Shown: positions 1 through 14,500 of the stretch, piece after piece | Layout of the letters: each line of letters opens with the position of its first letter | How positions within the stretch are numbered: position 1 is the stretch's first letter | Source of the DNA: Bugula neritina | Lineage: Eukaryota; Animalia; Bryozoa | Assembly: GCA_964035545.1 (NCBI GenBank) | Contig: OZ037765.1 | Span: forward strand, 13,092,698-13,156,697 | Length of the DNA stretch: 64,000 nt | Direction: 5' to 3' | The notes under the pieces: generated by a model | Database searches by the model: none | What the model saw: only the letters and a program-made list of their open reading frames with translations | What the model was told of the DNA's origin: nothing | Translations under genes and position numbers: made by a program

Positions 1-3000
1 GCAATAATAACCTCCCTATATCAGATGTAGCACTATTGGGCCTATCCACTTTCATAGCCCCTTCCTATAAGTTACTATCAACACCAGACAGACCTTGGGG
101 TTTATCTATAGTACAAAGTTTATACACAGCACCCAATACACCACCAGTAACCCTCACTGTAGACTATTGGTTAGCAACATGTAACTTTATATAAAGATGT
201 TGAATGCAGCTCAAACAAGCGGTTCAGCTGATGTGTAGAAAGAGTCTATTCTAGCGATATGATAGAGTCCTCGCCCCTCTTATTATGCATTGCTATTATT
301 TTGCCCAAGGTAATTTCATTGAAAACCCACTGAGATGCCAAATTATTTTCTTGGCTAGCTATTGTTGTTAATGAATACAATATTAAGTTAATTTTGCCCA
401 CAATAAGAGCTACTTATTTGTGTTGACTGTTTAGAAAAAAAGCAATGAATGGGCTGTCACATCTCTGAGGGGAAATAGAATCCTTTCATTAGCAGAATTG
501 AAATTGATTCCGTGAGATTGCCTAGCACACATACATTTCAGAATTTGCATAATACCGAGCATAGTATAGTATATTGTTTGAACTTGAGGTAAAACTTTCC
601 ACAGTGGAAGCCATGGGAGTAATAGTTGTACTGTCCCTGCCCACTGCAATCTATAAGGGCTTTACAATACACCCTGGCTAACCTATTTCATACTGCTTTC
701 GTGAACCAGTTGTTTTGGTCCAACTATAAATAAAATAAAACATATTGAGCGTTCTTATCAAATGTGTAATTTTACAAGTTCTTTGGCAAGACTACTTCCA
801 GCAGTTTGTAAGTCAATTATAAGTGATGTCTCTAAATCGTAGTGTTCACTGTGAAGTGATGCCTGAGTGAATGTGTTCATTTATTCAGTGATTCATGGCT
901 AATTGACTTTCTTCACTGAGTTAGTAGAACACCTGAGACTTGTCTAGATTACAACATGACTCACATTCTAACCTTCTTAGACATACTTGTACTCGTGAAG
1001 CCTCTCCAACTCTAAATCGTGGTGTTACTTATGTTCAGTTTACAAATGTCTCAGCCAAGCTGTCACAGTGGGCAATGAAGTACTGCTGATTATGCCATCT
1101 TGTTACTCTCATGTAAAAGCAATGCTGTAACCACAAAGGGCTGTTTTATTTTAAAACGTATTGAATTCTGGCAACTAGCAGTGAATTTTAACAATAATTG
1201 TCCACCAACTGTAGTTTTTATTGTGGTATTTTGCCTTTTATTTATTTCTAAAAATACTTAAAACATCCATAAATATGTTTTCTGAGTAAATACTAAATAG
1301 CTGTTAATATGCTGGATATATTTTTATCTTATAAAATGGAGCTTGAAAATTGTATTTAAGTATAAAGGTCTTGTAAGAAGGTCCTTGGTCTATTCAAGCC
1401 TAAGTACTAGATTATCCAGTAAAAACCTCAAAAATCACAGAATGGAATTACATATGATAGGCATCAGCCTGGGTAAAATATTCTATGTATGTAGTAAGCC
1501 CTATAATAGGCAGTCATGCATGCGAAGCAATAATACCATGCAATCTGTAAAATTACAGTTGATTGTTTGTGAGAAGAATCGGTGAACATGTAGTGCGTCC
1601 CTATAGAGAAAAAGTGTCATCTTAAATCCTGAATTAATGAACTGTTTAGCTAGTAGACACCTGTCTACTTGTGGTGTGGGTCTGTGTGTGTCTCAGTGGC
1701 ATTTGTTAGAAGCATCTACTGATAAATACCCAAGATAGCATGGAGAGTAAACTGCAGTAAGATATCAAGTGCCAACTTGCTCTAGTTGGCCACTGCTACG
1801 GAAAAATTGGGTGTGAACAGCTGCTGTTACCAATTTTTTTACAACTCAAGTTCAAATCCTTGAAAAGTATAGTAAATAAATGCAGATTATCATTTGGACA
1901 CTTGGCTGTTGAAATCAGAAATCACAAAAACAGATACACCTTAAAAAGTAATGTTTTTAACTGAAGATTTTATTGCTGGCACAATTATGTGCATTGAATA
2001 GGTGATGAAATTACCTGTGAAGCCAATATACATACTTGCTTTCAAGTAACTATGGAGTGCACAGCTATTAGAACTAGTTTAATATTTTATCCAGTTTCTA
2101 AAAAATACTTTTATTTCACAGAAAACATTCCAAATAGGTCAGTCTTCAATACCCCAATCGTTAAACAACAACTACAACATTAAACTACCTTTAGTCAGAA
2201 AAGTCTATTCAATGATTCAGGTTCGAATGATTAATTTAGTTTAAAGGTGTTTTTACCTTTTTCTGAAGTTTCAGTTATTTCAACCTAATTTAAATTCAAA
2301 CACCTTTTTATAGATTCACTGGGACTTATTGAATTGTGGGAAGCTCACTCTAATAGCAGTAATTGATTATTGTGACCTCATGCTCTTTAAAAAGTAATGT
2401 ATCATTTAAGCAAATTGTATAGAAGGAATAGTAAAAAACCTGTTTAATGATAAGATTTCACAATATAGCTGAGTATTGAGGTGTTCTTTGACTAATGTAT
2501 CTAGTAGAAAAAACCATTGTTATATGGTAATAGTTGATGAAAGATTATTATCACTGTTCGTTGAAAGGTGACCGAAGGGCATCAATTTTGTATGCTTGAA
2601 GGTTTGATGAAATTCTTCCCTTAGCAGAATTAAATTCCGGACTGAAAGTTGTGAGGATATAATCCCACCCTTTGTTCCAACTAAATATTTCAAAACTTGC
2701 CAATTTTTAATTTGGTGGAGAAAAGTTGCACTCCCAACAGACACTTTGCTACCTCAGCTTCATTTTCTCTGTGAATGAAAAATGCTAGTGAATAAGTGAA
2801 TATGCTGTAAGAGCCCCAACAGCATGTGTGTTAGTGAAAACAAGCTAGGAGAAAGTAAAACTTTGACTAATCAATAAGGTCTGTTGATTTTATTACCACA
2901 GAAAGTGAAAGTTCCTTCCATGTTTGCATTTCTGTTCATTAGATTGAGTTATTTATTAGAGGTTTCGAACAATTCAAGTTTAATGTAATTATAGCCACTT

Positions 3001-3546
3001 AGCCACATCACTTTGTCCAGTCTAATGACTTATCAATTTCAGTTTGTCTTGTACTGCAAGGCAGCGAAACTGCATGGCCAAACATCAACTACTCTCCTTG
3101 AATTTTTCAAGTGAAGTGATGCTCAATTTACTGTAACCTGTATGATGAGTCATCCACAGTAAATACTTGAGGCATACAAAGCAATACTTGAGAGTGATAA
3201 TTTAACTATATGCAATCTATCTATTGTCCATTAGAGCAAGTTATTGCTGGCTAAACATTAGGCTATAAAGGGGGGGGGGGGGATGTCCTTAGCCTTTACA
3301 ATGAAATTATTCTGCCTCTAGTTACTGGACAAACTTTTTTTCCATTTCTCTTTTTCACCGAAGAAGATTTTAAAAATTTGGTTTCAATTAAAAAGCACTG
3401 AAGATAACCATATTTGTTTGTATGATAAGGCCAGAGTTATGTTGAACTCTTCTCATACCTGATACATTATATATACATATGGGTTGAACTAACAGACATT
3501 AAGAAGCAATTGTCTGATATTTTTCTAACGTTTGCTATTACTGCAG

Positions 3547-6500
3547 AGGGCAGCCACCGCAGCAGCCACCCCAGCAGCAGTATGTCGACTATTCCTACCA
3601 GGATGACTATGCCATGGAAGACATGACGGCACCAGACACAATGATCAACTTCTCCGAGCTGCCCCAACAACCTAACTACTACCAGTGCCCTCAAACTGCT
3701 CAAGACAACCTTGCCCTTGGCTTCAACATGTCCTTGCACCAGTCCAGCCATCCCAGTTTCTCCCAGCCACAGCCCTTCACACCCCATCAGTATAGCATGT
3801 CTAATGTAAGTCTTTCTGGTCAACTTTTGTCTGACTGGCAGCGGGCAGCAGGTGCTTGATGGGCTTGCTGCCCACGAAGGTACTTTTAAAATTATTTCGT
3901 AGTTGATGCTACTACATAAGTCAGATTTACTATGCAATGATGAGCTTTTTTAGCTGCAAAACCTTAGAGGCAGTCAACAAATATTGTTTATTAAATATTA
4001 CCCAATGAAAATTGATAATAATTATAATTCAAAATGTATTCAAAACAAGTGTTGCTGTTGCCCTTGTATGACACGTTACAGCTGTATTATTGTGGTGTAT
4101 TCTACACTAATGTACCTGTCAATCTGCTCTACCTGTTGGTATGGTGCTAGTCTTATAACATCTGAATGGTTGTTTGGTAGGCTGGCAGGGGTGCTGGTGG
4201 ATTGTGGGGAGTTCCAGGTCAACCTGGCGTCTTCAATGGCTCAGACATGTCCAGATCATCCACTCAGCAGCTCTTACAGATGCACTCTTCATTTCAGGGC
4301 ACTTCCGGTACATCATATATTGTCTTTTGTTTTAGTTATTGCTTCACTGACACTTGGATAATATAACAGGAGATAGTTTGAACTGTGAAAACTCTTCTTT
4401 TAGCAAATGAATTTGCACAAATGTGTAATCAAAGAAACTTACAATATCTTTTCTATTTGCTAAAAAGGATATTTTGCCACAAAACCAATATTTTAATGCG
4501 CCATGTTGCAGCTGTTGGCTTGTTTCAGGTCCAATGCACCCATTTCAGTCATACCCAGGCACACCCCAGGTTCCCCCCTCGCCATCAGCCAACTCTCAGC
4601 CGTCATTTCAGCGCTCCGAGTCATTTCCAGGTGCTCAAGTTTCGTCAAACTCATTCGGAGCAGTCCCAGGGGTCAGCCATTCTCAGCCCGGTGCACCACA
4701 GCAGCCACACGCTGCCTCTTCGCCTGGCTCAGCTTCCCAGAAGTCCTCAACACCTGGTTAGTTCTTGTTCACAGGCAGCTTGCTGAGATATATCCTTGAA
4801 ACTTGGCCCAATTCACTCACTATTATTGTTAAGTTATCATACTATGATTAGTCAATGTATTAAAAACTAGCATTTTTTGTTTATGTTGCCATGGACATTT
4901 AATTATTTTCACACATGCTGAACTTGCTGGGAATATATTGTACAAACAGTAGAATGTTTTACACTGAGCACACTGGCTGTAATGTTGAGTAGCTAGACAA
5001 TAATTATACTGATTTCTGTAGAATTGGTGAAAATAATTTCTATTCTTTATGAATTTGATGGATTGGCAGATTCTTATGACAAAATCTTAACAAATGAGCC
5101 ATTAATTGGTGACACGGACTATATTTATTATAACATTATTATAATATACCTAATATTCTGATATTCTGATGATAAATAGTGCTTTATTTATGATGAAAAT
5201 TACCAACAGTTAATATAGAAATTTGACTTGACTACAAAAGTGGCATTTGCAATCTAAATCCTGTAATGTTAGAATCAACTTCGAGTTATTATCTAATGGT
5301 TTTTTTAATAATTGTTGTATAACATAACAGTAATAATATAAATAACTTAGACAGTGTGAAAAAGCATGAATGATATAATATAAAGCATTATTATGTTATT
5401 TCTGTTTGCAGCACCACCCACACCTATAGCAGTGTCCTCGGCTTGTCTCACCTCATTTTCTACAGCCTCTACTAACAACAAACAAATCTTCATGAGACAG
5501 CTGGTAGCAGATAATAAGTCTAACGCATTCCGATCTCACCCCCTTTTCCCTCTGCTCCGAGATCTCATCATTGCCGACATGAACTATGATAGCCCAGGGT
5601 TTCCCCACTCTCTCATCCGTAACCTCCCCCCTGATTTCAACAAGCTCTTGAGGGTAAGTAAGCTATGCTGTACGTATGCTAGTAAGTGTTAGAAACCGAT
5701 AATGTCCATATATTTGCCTTTGTGTAACAATATGCCATTTCTTCAAATTTTAAAAAATTAAAGAAATTGAGGTTAGACCAAATAGCACAACACCGAACAA
5801 CTTTGTAACTCATAAAAGTAAATTTTTGTGGGAAGACCAACTTATTTTGGGTGTGTGCCTGTCTATTACTCCTGTTCTTGGACTAGCTAATAACTTAACA
5901 GCTGAGTACTTTGGTTGATTAAATTGTATGCCTTGAATTAATTATCTTTCTACGGTCACTTCATCATTAACTTCACCTGTAGGTAATGGAAGCAGCCCCA
6001 ACTTAGCTTTGCAATGTACCATGTATCACCTGCTATTATTATTTAGGACTTATTTTAATTAAATAGTAGTCACAGTTATCTATCATACCTGATATATAGA
6101 ATGACATCTTCATGATCAATGATCCTTTGATTTGTCTACTATTTTTATGGAATAAACTGATTCTATAAGCTAACCAAGAGTCTAGGTATTGATGAAGAAC
6201 CAATAAATGGTGATTTATTAGTTAATTTACAAATATCAGCTTTAAGAGGCGTGTAATCCTGATTACCAGTTTATCTAATTATTGAGTGTGAAATTTTTCA
6301 GAATTACCAATCTCGAAATCCAGATATGGAGAAGCATTACCACATCCCGTCGGTGAACAGTGTGGTGATGGATGCACTGAACTATGCCCATCACAGTCTC
6401 ATGGACAAGATAAGGCAGAAGAAGACAACTGTAGATGTAGGACAGCGGTCCCAGCCTGTCACTGCACCCTCCCTCACTCAAGAGGGGACTGCCATGTCCT

Positions 6501-9500
6501 CTCCTGCTATTCTAGCCTCATCTATGACTCGTAAACCCTTACCTAGTGGTGAATACTGTGAAGATCTATCTAAACATGATATTTCTAAGGTATACATTGT
6601 CATGCTGACCATCAAAGTCAACCTCATTAACTTGCATAGTATCTGCAAGAATGTACGAATCTAGATTTTTTATGAATAATAAGTCTCACTTTATCTCCTT
6701 TTTTAGACAATTAACTGCTGCGTTTTTTCTAAACATTAATTTGGAGTAGTTAGTGAAAAGTGAATGCATTATAGAATATCGGAAACTTTAATTGAGAATA
6801 AATTGTTATTTAAGACTATATAACTCAGCAATGATGGTGGATAGTGTTTCACTGCATCTGCATGTAAAACCAGAATTAACTGGGACTTTCCCAGTTGATT
6901 CTGGATTGAGGAATGAGTGTGGATGTGCTTTAAGGACTCTACGAAGGAATAATATTTGTTATGTTGGATTTTAGGGCCCGAATAGTTATGGAGTGATGCA
7001 GTCGCCAGTTACTGGAGAATCATTTAGACCTCGCAGGGTAAGCAACTCCTAATCTACACCCACAACACATGACACTGCTGTGTATAGCACATGATATATG
7101 TTTGTACAGCTAGTTGATCCAAGACTAATCAGTAATGACACTGACTATTGCCTTTCCAGCTGCACACATGTGGAATAAATCATTTACTTAAGGCTGTGTA
7201 CCCGCTATAGCTGATTACTGACACTTGCAGATGCACACACTGTGTATACAGCATTAGAAGTATAATCTTACTGTTGATCTGCTAACTCTGTAGGAATCTG
7301 GATCAGTGTATAACTGTGATATGGCTCCACCTACCCCAGGCTCCACTTACAGCCAGCCGCTAAGTGTGGATACGGGGTGTAACAGTCCCAACTCAAGCAG
7401 GCATCCCGTTAACCTAAGTACTACCTCTCAGCCTCCCACTCCACTATACAACCCAGCTCAGGGCACGCCCCACCAGTACCATCATCACCCACAAGTACGT
7501 TTCTAGAGAGAGAAAGTTGACAGCTGCCAGTTGAAGTTGTACTGATAGCAGATTTTGTGCTGTTCACTGAATATAACAAACCAAAGAAAACAATCAGCCG
7601 AAAGACTACTTGTTCTCAGTGCTTTGATTAGGTTACCTTCTCTGCTGTAATGATAACTCAGTGAAGAGTTGTCAAACATATTTTAATTTCAGCTTTTTAT
7701 TGCCTTTCAATTAATTACGGCTCACGAAATACCACCTAGTTTTTTAGGCCATACATGGAGGGGTTAGAATATGATATGCTATCAGTGTTATCATTGGACA
7801 TTGTCAAATATTACTATTTGTTATGAAGCTAATATTTGTTAATCTTTTTCTATGTGTTGAGTTGAAACTACACTGTATTAGCCATCATTTGGAATTTCGT
7901 TCTGTAGAGTGGATTTTCACGACCTGGACATCCGCCTAATCCTCGAAACCCCTACATGACGGTACACGGCGGGCCACCATGTCCCCCTCCCAACTATACA
8001 GTCTCCCCTAATGTGAGTATAATACAGTCGCAGTTGTGTGTGTAGCTGGGTGGAGGGTTGGTGGACAGATCCTGCTCTCTGTACGATATACACTAGAAGT
8101 GATGGATACTTACATTATAATTACTATGCTAATCACCTCTTTGTATAATAATTAGCATTCCTTTAGTGAGTTACTCAGTATAGTGGTTTGTATAGCAGTT
8201 TGCTCTCATCCAGGCTCCCACTTATACTCAGTGTAGTTTATATCCTTGAGTAGTTGGGCTTGCCTGCTGTGTATTATTTATATCAGTGATAGTGCAGTCA
8301 GCTTTGTTTATACACTAATTAGTTGGTTAAGGATGGTTGCCAAGCCAACTATTTATGACGTTGAACCCTCTTACCACGCTCTCATAGAATAATTTATAAA
8401 TGGAAAATACCCATATTTTTATATATATTTTTATTTATTTTCCTGGAAACACTATATTACAGTAAAGCTACCCACATGTGTACCATGTGAATGCTGGCTT
8501 GTGGGCTGATACCAGTATAATAGTATTCTAGTATGTAATTATAGCATATCTCAAACTACCACAACTGTAGTTTAGTTAATAATTTAAAACCATATATAAA
8601 TACATTATTTGCCAATTCTTTGCCAATCCTTCGCTTATTTGTTAACCCAAATCTACCTCCTGTGTGTTGAGTAGCAGTTTATACTTGTTCAATGATTTTA
8701 CAGATAATTTATTTAGAATTGCAGCAGCGCTGGTATATCCAACAGTAGTAGCACCATGTGGAGTATGTTATGCATCACTCATTGGTTACCTGTATGCTTG
8801 TTACTACGTGCTTCACCTGCCTACCAACTGACTGTAGTGTTGATAGTTGCACTTGCCACCTTGTCATTGTTACTGTATGCCGTCTTCGTTGTTGTTTTTT
8901 CTTATGCACAATTTATGCTCTCTGTGCCCGGCTGGCATTGTTGTAATTATTGTTATTGTAGAACCCACCTTTGTCAAGACATCAGCAAACAATGTATGAG
9001 CTAGGGCTGCCCCCTCCTGGCCCTGGCATGTATGCTGATCCCAATTCCTACCATGACCCTTATAATAATTGTATGCCTCCACCACCTGCTGCCCACATAT
9101 CTAGACTACACCAAGTAAGTATTAGTCTGTGCCAACACTCTGCAGGCAGGCATTGTGCCCTACAAACTGTGTTGCACACAAGTATTTATGTTATTTGATG
9201 AAGCAATTCGCTCTGTTTGCTTAGGTGAGCATGTTTATTTGTATAGTATGTTAGATTTTCATGTTTAGTGTGAATGAATAGATAGTGTATCTCAGTTAAT
9301 GTTGTTTTGACATGACAAGCACATAAAATATTCTTGTCCTGAACCATTATTAACTAAATAAATGTTATCTGTCATAAATTAGTATAAAAAACTTGAATAG
9401 TGCAGGTGTAAGTATATGTAGATAGATGGGTAAGTAGGTAGTTAGGATTACAACAATTGATTATAAAGCAGCGAAATAGTGTGTTGTGCAATAAAGAAAA

Positions 9501-10745
9501 TATACTTGTAGTCTAGAACGCTATATAAACTTTTAACTTTGTAACTAAACCAAAAATAATTGTTTGCGTTTGTGTGCGTGTATATAATATATTTTTGGCT
9601 TTTGTATTTTTTGTTTGGCTCTTGGATTTGACCCGATTTTGTTGTTGTTTATATCTTGTGTTATAAGTATTCATCTCGGGCTATAAACATCTAGTAGAAC
9701 TTGATGTAAATGACAAATTACTATATGTGTCTATCTCATGAATTAGTTTTGCTGACATAAACACACTTTCAATCACCTAACCTCCAGTTAAAATTCTCCT
9801 TGATATAACATAACAGCATTTATCAATTAGCGTGCTGTAGTTGATCCTCCCTAATGAGAACCCACTTGAAAGGAATATTAAATACTGAAGGTTTTGGTGC
9901 AGTTTTGAATTTAGTTGATTCTCTTTTAGATGGGCCCGGATCGGCATTTGTTGTATATGAATAACATCAATGACGGTAGTCTAGTTAAAACTATGATAGA
10001 GAGCGGAAAAGATATGTACGACACACTGTCGGAGGCTGGCAGTGTGATGAGTGCTCACTCCATGCAAGGGTATGTCCACATCCCATCTGATGTCACTGTT
10101 AAATATAACAAATATTATACTCTACAAGTAAAATTTAATACATTATTTATTGTACACCATCTATTATAATAGTCTTATGCGATTATCATGTAAGGTAGTG
10201 GAAACTCTACAATATTCTTTATTCTTCCTGCATATTTTTCCAATTATTAGGTTAATCAAATAAGGAATTTTTGATTTGCCATCACAAAGTTTATTTTAAT
10301 ATTTGTGTCAAAAAACCTTTCTACAATTAACATTATGATATAGTCTGTTGTGTAATAACACTGCTCAATATTTCTTTGTACCTATGGTATAGTGACGTGG
10401 CTCTTTATATGTTGGTAGGTTCTGTATTTCAAATAGACACTTTATTTTGATCTCGGATTCCTCTAAAAAAAGTCATTTTCATTGTGATATCTTTGTAGAT
10501 CCATTAAGGGACAAGCGCAAGGCCAAGGAAAAACAACTGAAGGCAGAAAGCATGCTAGCCTGCCAAAGGAAGCTGTTAATATCATGCTGAATTGGTTGAG
10601 AGAGCACCAAGAGAAACCTTATCCAAATGATGATGAGAAAGGCATGCTGATTAAACAAACTGGTTTAACTATAACGCAGATAAATTACTGGTTTACCAAT
10701 GCTAGACGACGTCTCTTACCTAAATGGAAAGGTGAAGACATGTAG
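3547..10745 (+). CDS. TALE-class homeobox transcription factor, divergent (MEIS-domain-like region + C-terminal homeodomain); 5'-partial, 11 exons seen
   Basis: Phase-compatible GT-AG exons 3547-3805, 4181-4307, 4529-4756, 5412-5653, 6302-6589, 6975-7037, 7294-7494, 7908-8012, 8962-9114, 9930-10069, 10499-10745 (~680 aa). The 5412 exon has a MEIS-A-like HPLFPLL motif. The last exon (absent from the ORF track) encodes [61 protein letters not shown], with the TALE PYP loop and a WFxNARRR helix 3. The first visible exon starts at an acceptor, so the start codon is upstream. Confidence 0.88.
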
Positions 10746-11580
10746 TCTTTATTTTGTATATTTGGATATATTTTTACTCTTTCTGGTTACTTCGTATTAC
10801 AGCTTCGTCTAGAAGCTTTTGAAACTTGTAGTTTTTGTACATATTTCAAGTTTGTCTATATCACTTAATGACACATTTCTAGTACTAACGCCTAGTCAGT
10901 GATTTGATATTTAGCACATGTAGTCCAGTTAGTAGCAATTCATGGATATTCTTTTTTATTATGATGTATCGTTGCTAATCAATTCTATTGATTTTCTCCC
11001 AAATTTTAGCATACCTTTTTTACAATAAGTTTTTGAGAATCGTAGTCTGTTAACGTACAATTTTACAATTGTATAATTTTACATATAATATCATTAGCAG
11101 CTCACCATTGAGGTCATCTTGGCTCCTATCAACCTTAATATTTTTTGCGTAAAGAATGATACTCTTTTAAGACACTTGAATGCAAAGCCATTGTGAACTT
11201 GTTGAAAATAAAATGTGTACTACTTAATAATATATATTTTAGTTATGTCTCCATTACTCAAGTGTAGGCTAAGTTGTATTTAAGTATATAGTTCTGCGAT
11301 GTTCATTAAAGACTTTATATTTAAAGTTGTAAGCAATTTAATAGCCACAGAAATTTTTAACAAAATAAAGTTCATGCAAAGTATTGACTATATGCTATAT
11401 AACAAGTATAATTCAGAACAGCTTTAAAATAGAATAATTGTACACATAAAATGGAAACTATGAAAATGCATCATATGGAGTTATATTGCATGAGAATGGA
11501 ACATACACTAAATGTACATCAAAACTTTGTTTTATTGTCAATATTTACAATTTTTTTAAATTTTTACATAGATATTTGAA

Positions 11581-14500
11581 CTACATCTGTTTTGGTCTTT
11601 TAGTGGGTGGCTCTTCTGCGCCCTGTGATGGTAAATCATCTGAAATTGTGTGGTCAAAACCGGTACTGGAAGTTCGATGATTTTTAGGGTCAGGACGAGT
11701 AGACTTTTGAAGGTCAATAATAATACAAGTCATATTATCACAACCAGTGCCATCCCCGTCTACTGTGTCTTCAGCCAATACACTGTGAAACAACTGCAGA
11801 AAGCACAGAGAAAGGATAACTCCAAATTCACACTAAATGCACTCTGGATTATTAGCATACTAATACAGTATATACAGTAACAAAGATACAACACAGAGAT
11901 ACCAGAGACACCTATTATACATTGGAGAGGCGTTATGGAAGTGGAAAGGTCACAGTAAACAAATACTTTGCAACTAAAAACAATCTTAAAACGGTGCAAT
12001 GGTTCAATCCAGCTACTCTGTCCCTCTATCTAACCAAACACAAAACATTTAAATATTTACTCATAAATTCAAGTAATAAAAATACTCGTATTAAGTGAAC
12101 CAACTAACCGCCATTAGCAAATCATTCAAAAATGGAGAGAACCTATTTTATAAGCGATGTATATTAAAATATGAATTTTGTATTCCTATAATGAAACATC
12201 TTCCTTTTAAGCATAATTCAACATTTTGACATGCTGATTCCTGGCCAGTATAAAGTTAATTCAAAATTATTTTAGCTGCACTTACATCTTCACATATTTG
12301 AGATATTTTATCTCCTCTTTCCAATTTCTCCTTCACAAAATCCACACATTGTTGGCTGCTCAATGAGTTCCAAATACCATCACAAGCAACTATGATAAAA
12401 TCATCATTCGGCGTCAGTGTTTGTATCTGTACATCTGGTAGAGGGGTAATCATCTGCTCTTTCAATTCTAAAGCCCTGTTTCTTTTGTAGTTGTGGTCCC
12501 CTGCAAATAACTTGTCGCAATGAAAGCTGTTGAAGGCAACAAAACTCCTTTTGTTAATGTACTATGCATTCCAGTACTAGGAAAATGTAGCCAGATACAG
12601 ATACAGAAAACAGCTGGGCATCATAACCATATCCATTAAACTATCTAGCAGTCTAAAGAGATCAGAAGTGAATGTAATACAAAGTAATTTAATAATTAAT
12701 TTTCATTCAAAATAAATGAGCGAAAATGACTAAAACTACAAAATTGTAGCTTTGTAGCTTGACAACACATGAACAAAAAAAATTTAGAGTTGATCATATT
12801 TAAAAGGTTTCACAATATATAACAACGATAGTTTGTGAACTGATATTTTTTGTCTTTCATTAAACTTTTGCTTTAAATTTTCTGAGACATTACAAAGGAC
12901 ACCACGAGGTAATTAAGTGAAATTTAAGAAAAAAAAATAATTAGTTCATATAAGACTTTCAAATTATGAGACAACTAAATTTAAAAAACGTGTCAGAAAA
13001 TATGTATGTAACAAGAAAAAAAAATGTTACATTACGCCAACAGCTACAGTAAATATGCTAGTGGTTGTATTACCACTTACCAATTGCTCTGGAGAGATTT
13101 AAATTTCCGTTGACTCGGCCATCAAGTGTAACAAACCCACCGGCTTTGTCTATTCGTTCTTTTTCTACGGCATCTTCAGGCTTATGGTCTACTGACATAT
13201 CTATAGCCTTACCACTTCTAGAGAGAACACACCTGGAGTCCCCGGCATTGGCCACATACAGCTTATTGTCTCGTATCAAAGCCAGGCAAGCTGTACACCC
13301 ACTATCAGAGCCAGGAAGCTAAAACAGAGTCTAATTCCTGAGCTAATGGCCACAATTAGCTAAGATGTTGAGTGTGATACCAAAAATATACTTAATTAAT
13401 TTAAGCGGTGCATATATGGACATAAACTGTATAAACGTGAGATCCTAGTTTTCATAAGCAAAACTTGAATAAACATAATTAGCCAATGCAAAATTTGTGT
13501 TTCTCACAAAAAATTATTAGCATTGCAATCAACGGTTTAATTAATATAGATCTTGTAGTTTAAATTACTTATTGTTAGGTTTGAATTAAATGACAATATA
13601 GACTTAAATTCAAACTTTATTTGGCTTGCAGCACTTTTTGAAATCTGGACCAGTCTGAAAAGTGGAAACACCATAACTTATATCCAATATTTTATCTATT
13701 GCAATAAAAAGAATTTAAATTGTTACTCTTATTTTTCAACTTTTTGATTTAATTTTTACCTAAATTCTGAATTTAAGTTGGACTATTTATTATGTATTGT
13801 CTAGTCACTGCAACTAGCTACACAGAAACCGTTTTATTTCTTAAATAAATTATTTAATGGAATTTATAATATCACACATATTACAGGGTGTTGAAAAGTT
13901 TACATAGTCATTTAATATATTATTCATCGATCAAAGACAAATGAAGCTGTAACTGGGCTGCTAAGTTGTAAGAAAATAAATAAGCAAATTTCAATTATAT
14001 ATAATTTAGTTGAGCCTTACAGTCATGCCACTTAACGCTGAACCACATTAGACCAAATCTTGATTAAATTTGTAGTTTGTTATTTTCCAGTTTAACTCTA
14101 ACTAACTATTGGCGTAGTGTTAGTGCAGCTGTACACAGATCATACTGCCATATCTAACTGATGATTACATCATGTTGATAGACTACAAAACACACCTCCA
14201 CATATTCGTCTGACTGAGTGAATTTGATAGCCATCTCCTGGCTGACCTTCACCTCTTCCAGATCTTCTTCCTCTCCGTCCTCTTCACTGTCTTTATATAC
14301 AACAATAGTTTATGGGTACAGTGTATCTACTACAGGACACTACACACTACAGGTACAGTATATCTACTACAGTACACTACACACTACAGGTACAGTATAT
14401 CTACTACAGCACACTACACACCTAGGTACAGTGTATCTACTACAGTACACTACACACCTAGGTACAGTATATCTACTACAGCACACTACACACCTAGGTA

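Noticed and set aside
1-3546. Short ORFs and the poly-G run near 3269-3282
   Set aside because: No motifs or convincing exons; most likely intron of the TALE gene.
8717-8950. Extra TALE exon or small Cys-rich ORFs
   Set aside because: No convincing phase-compatible donor; neighbouring exons already join in frame.
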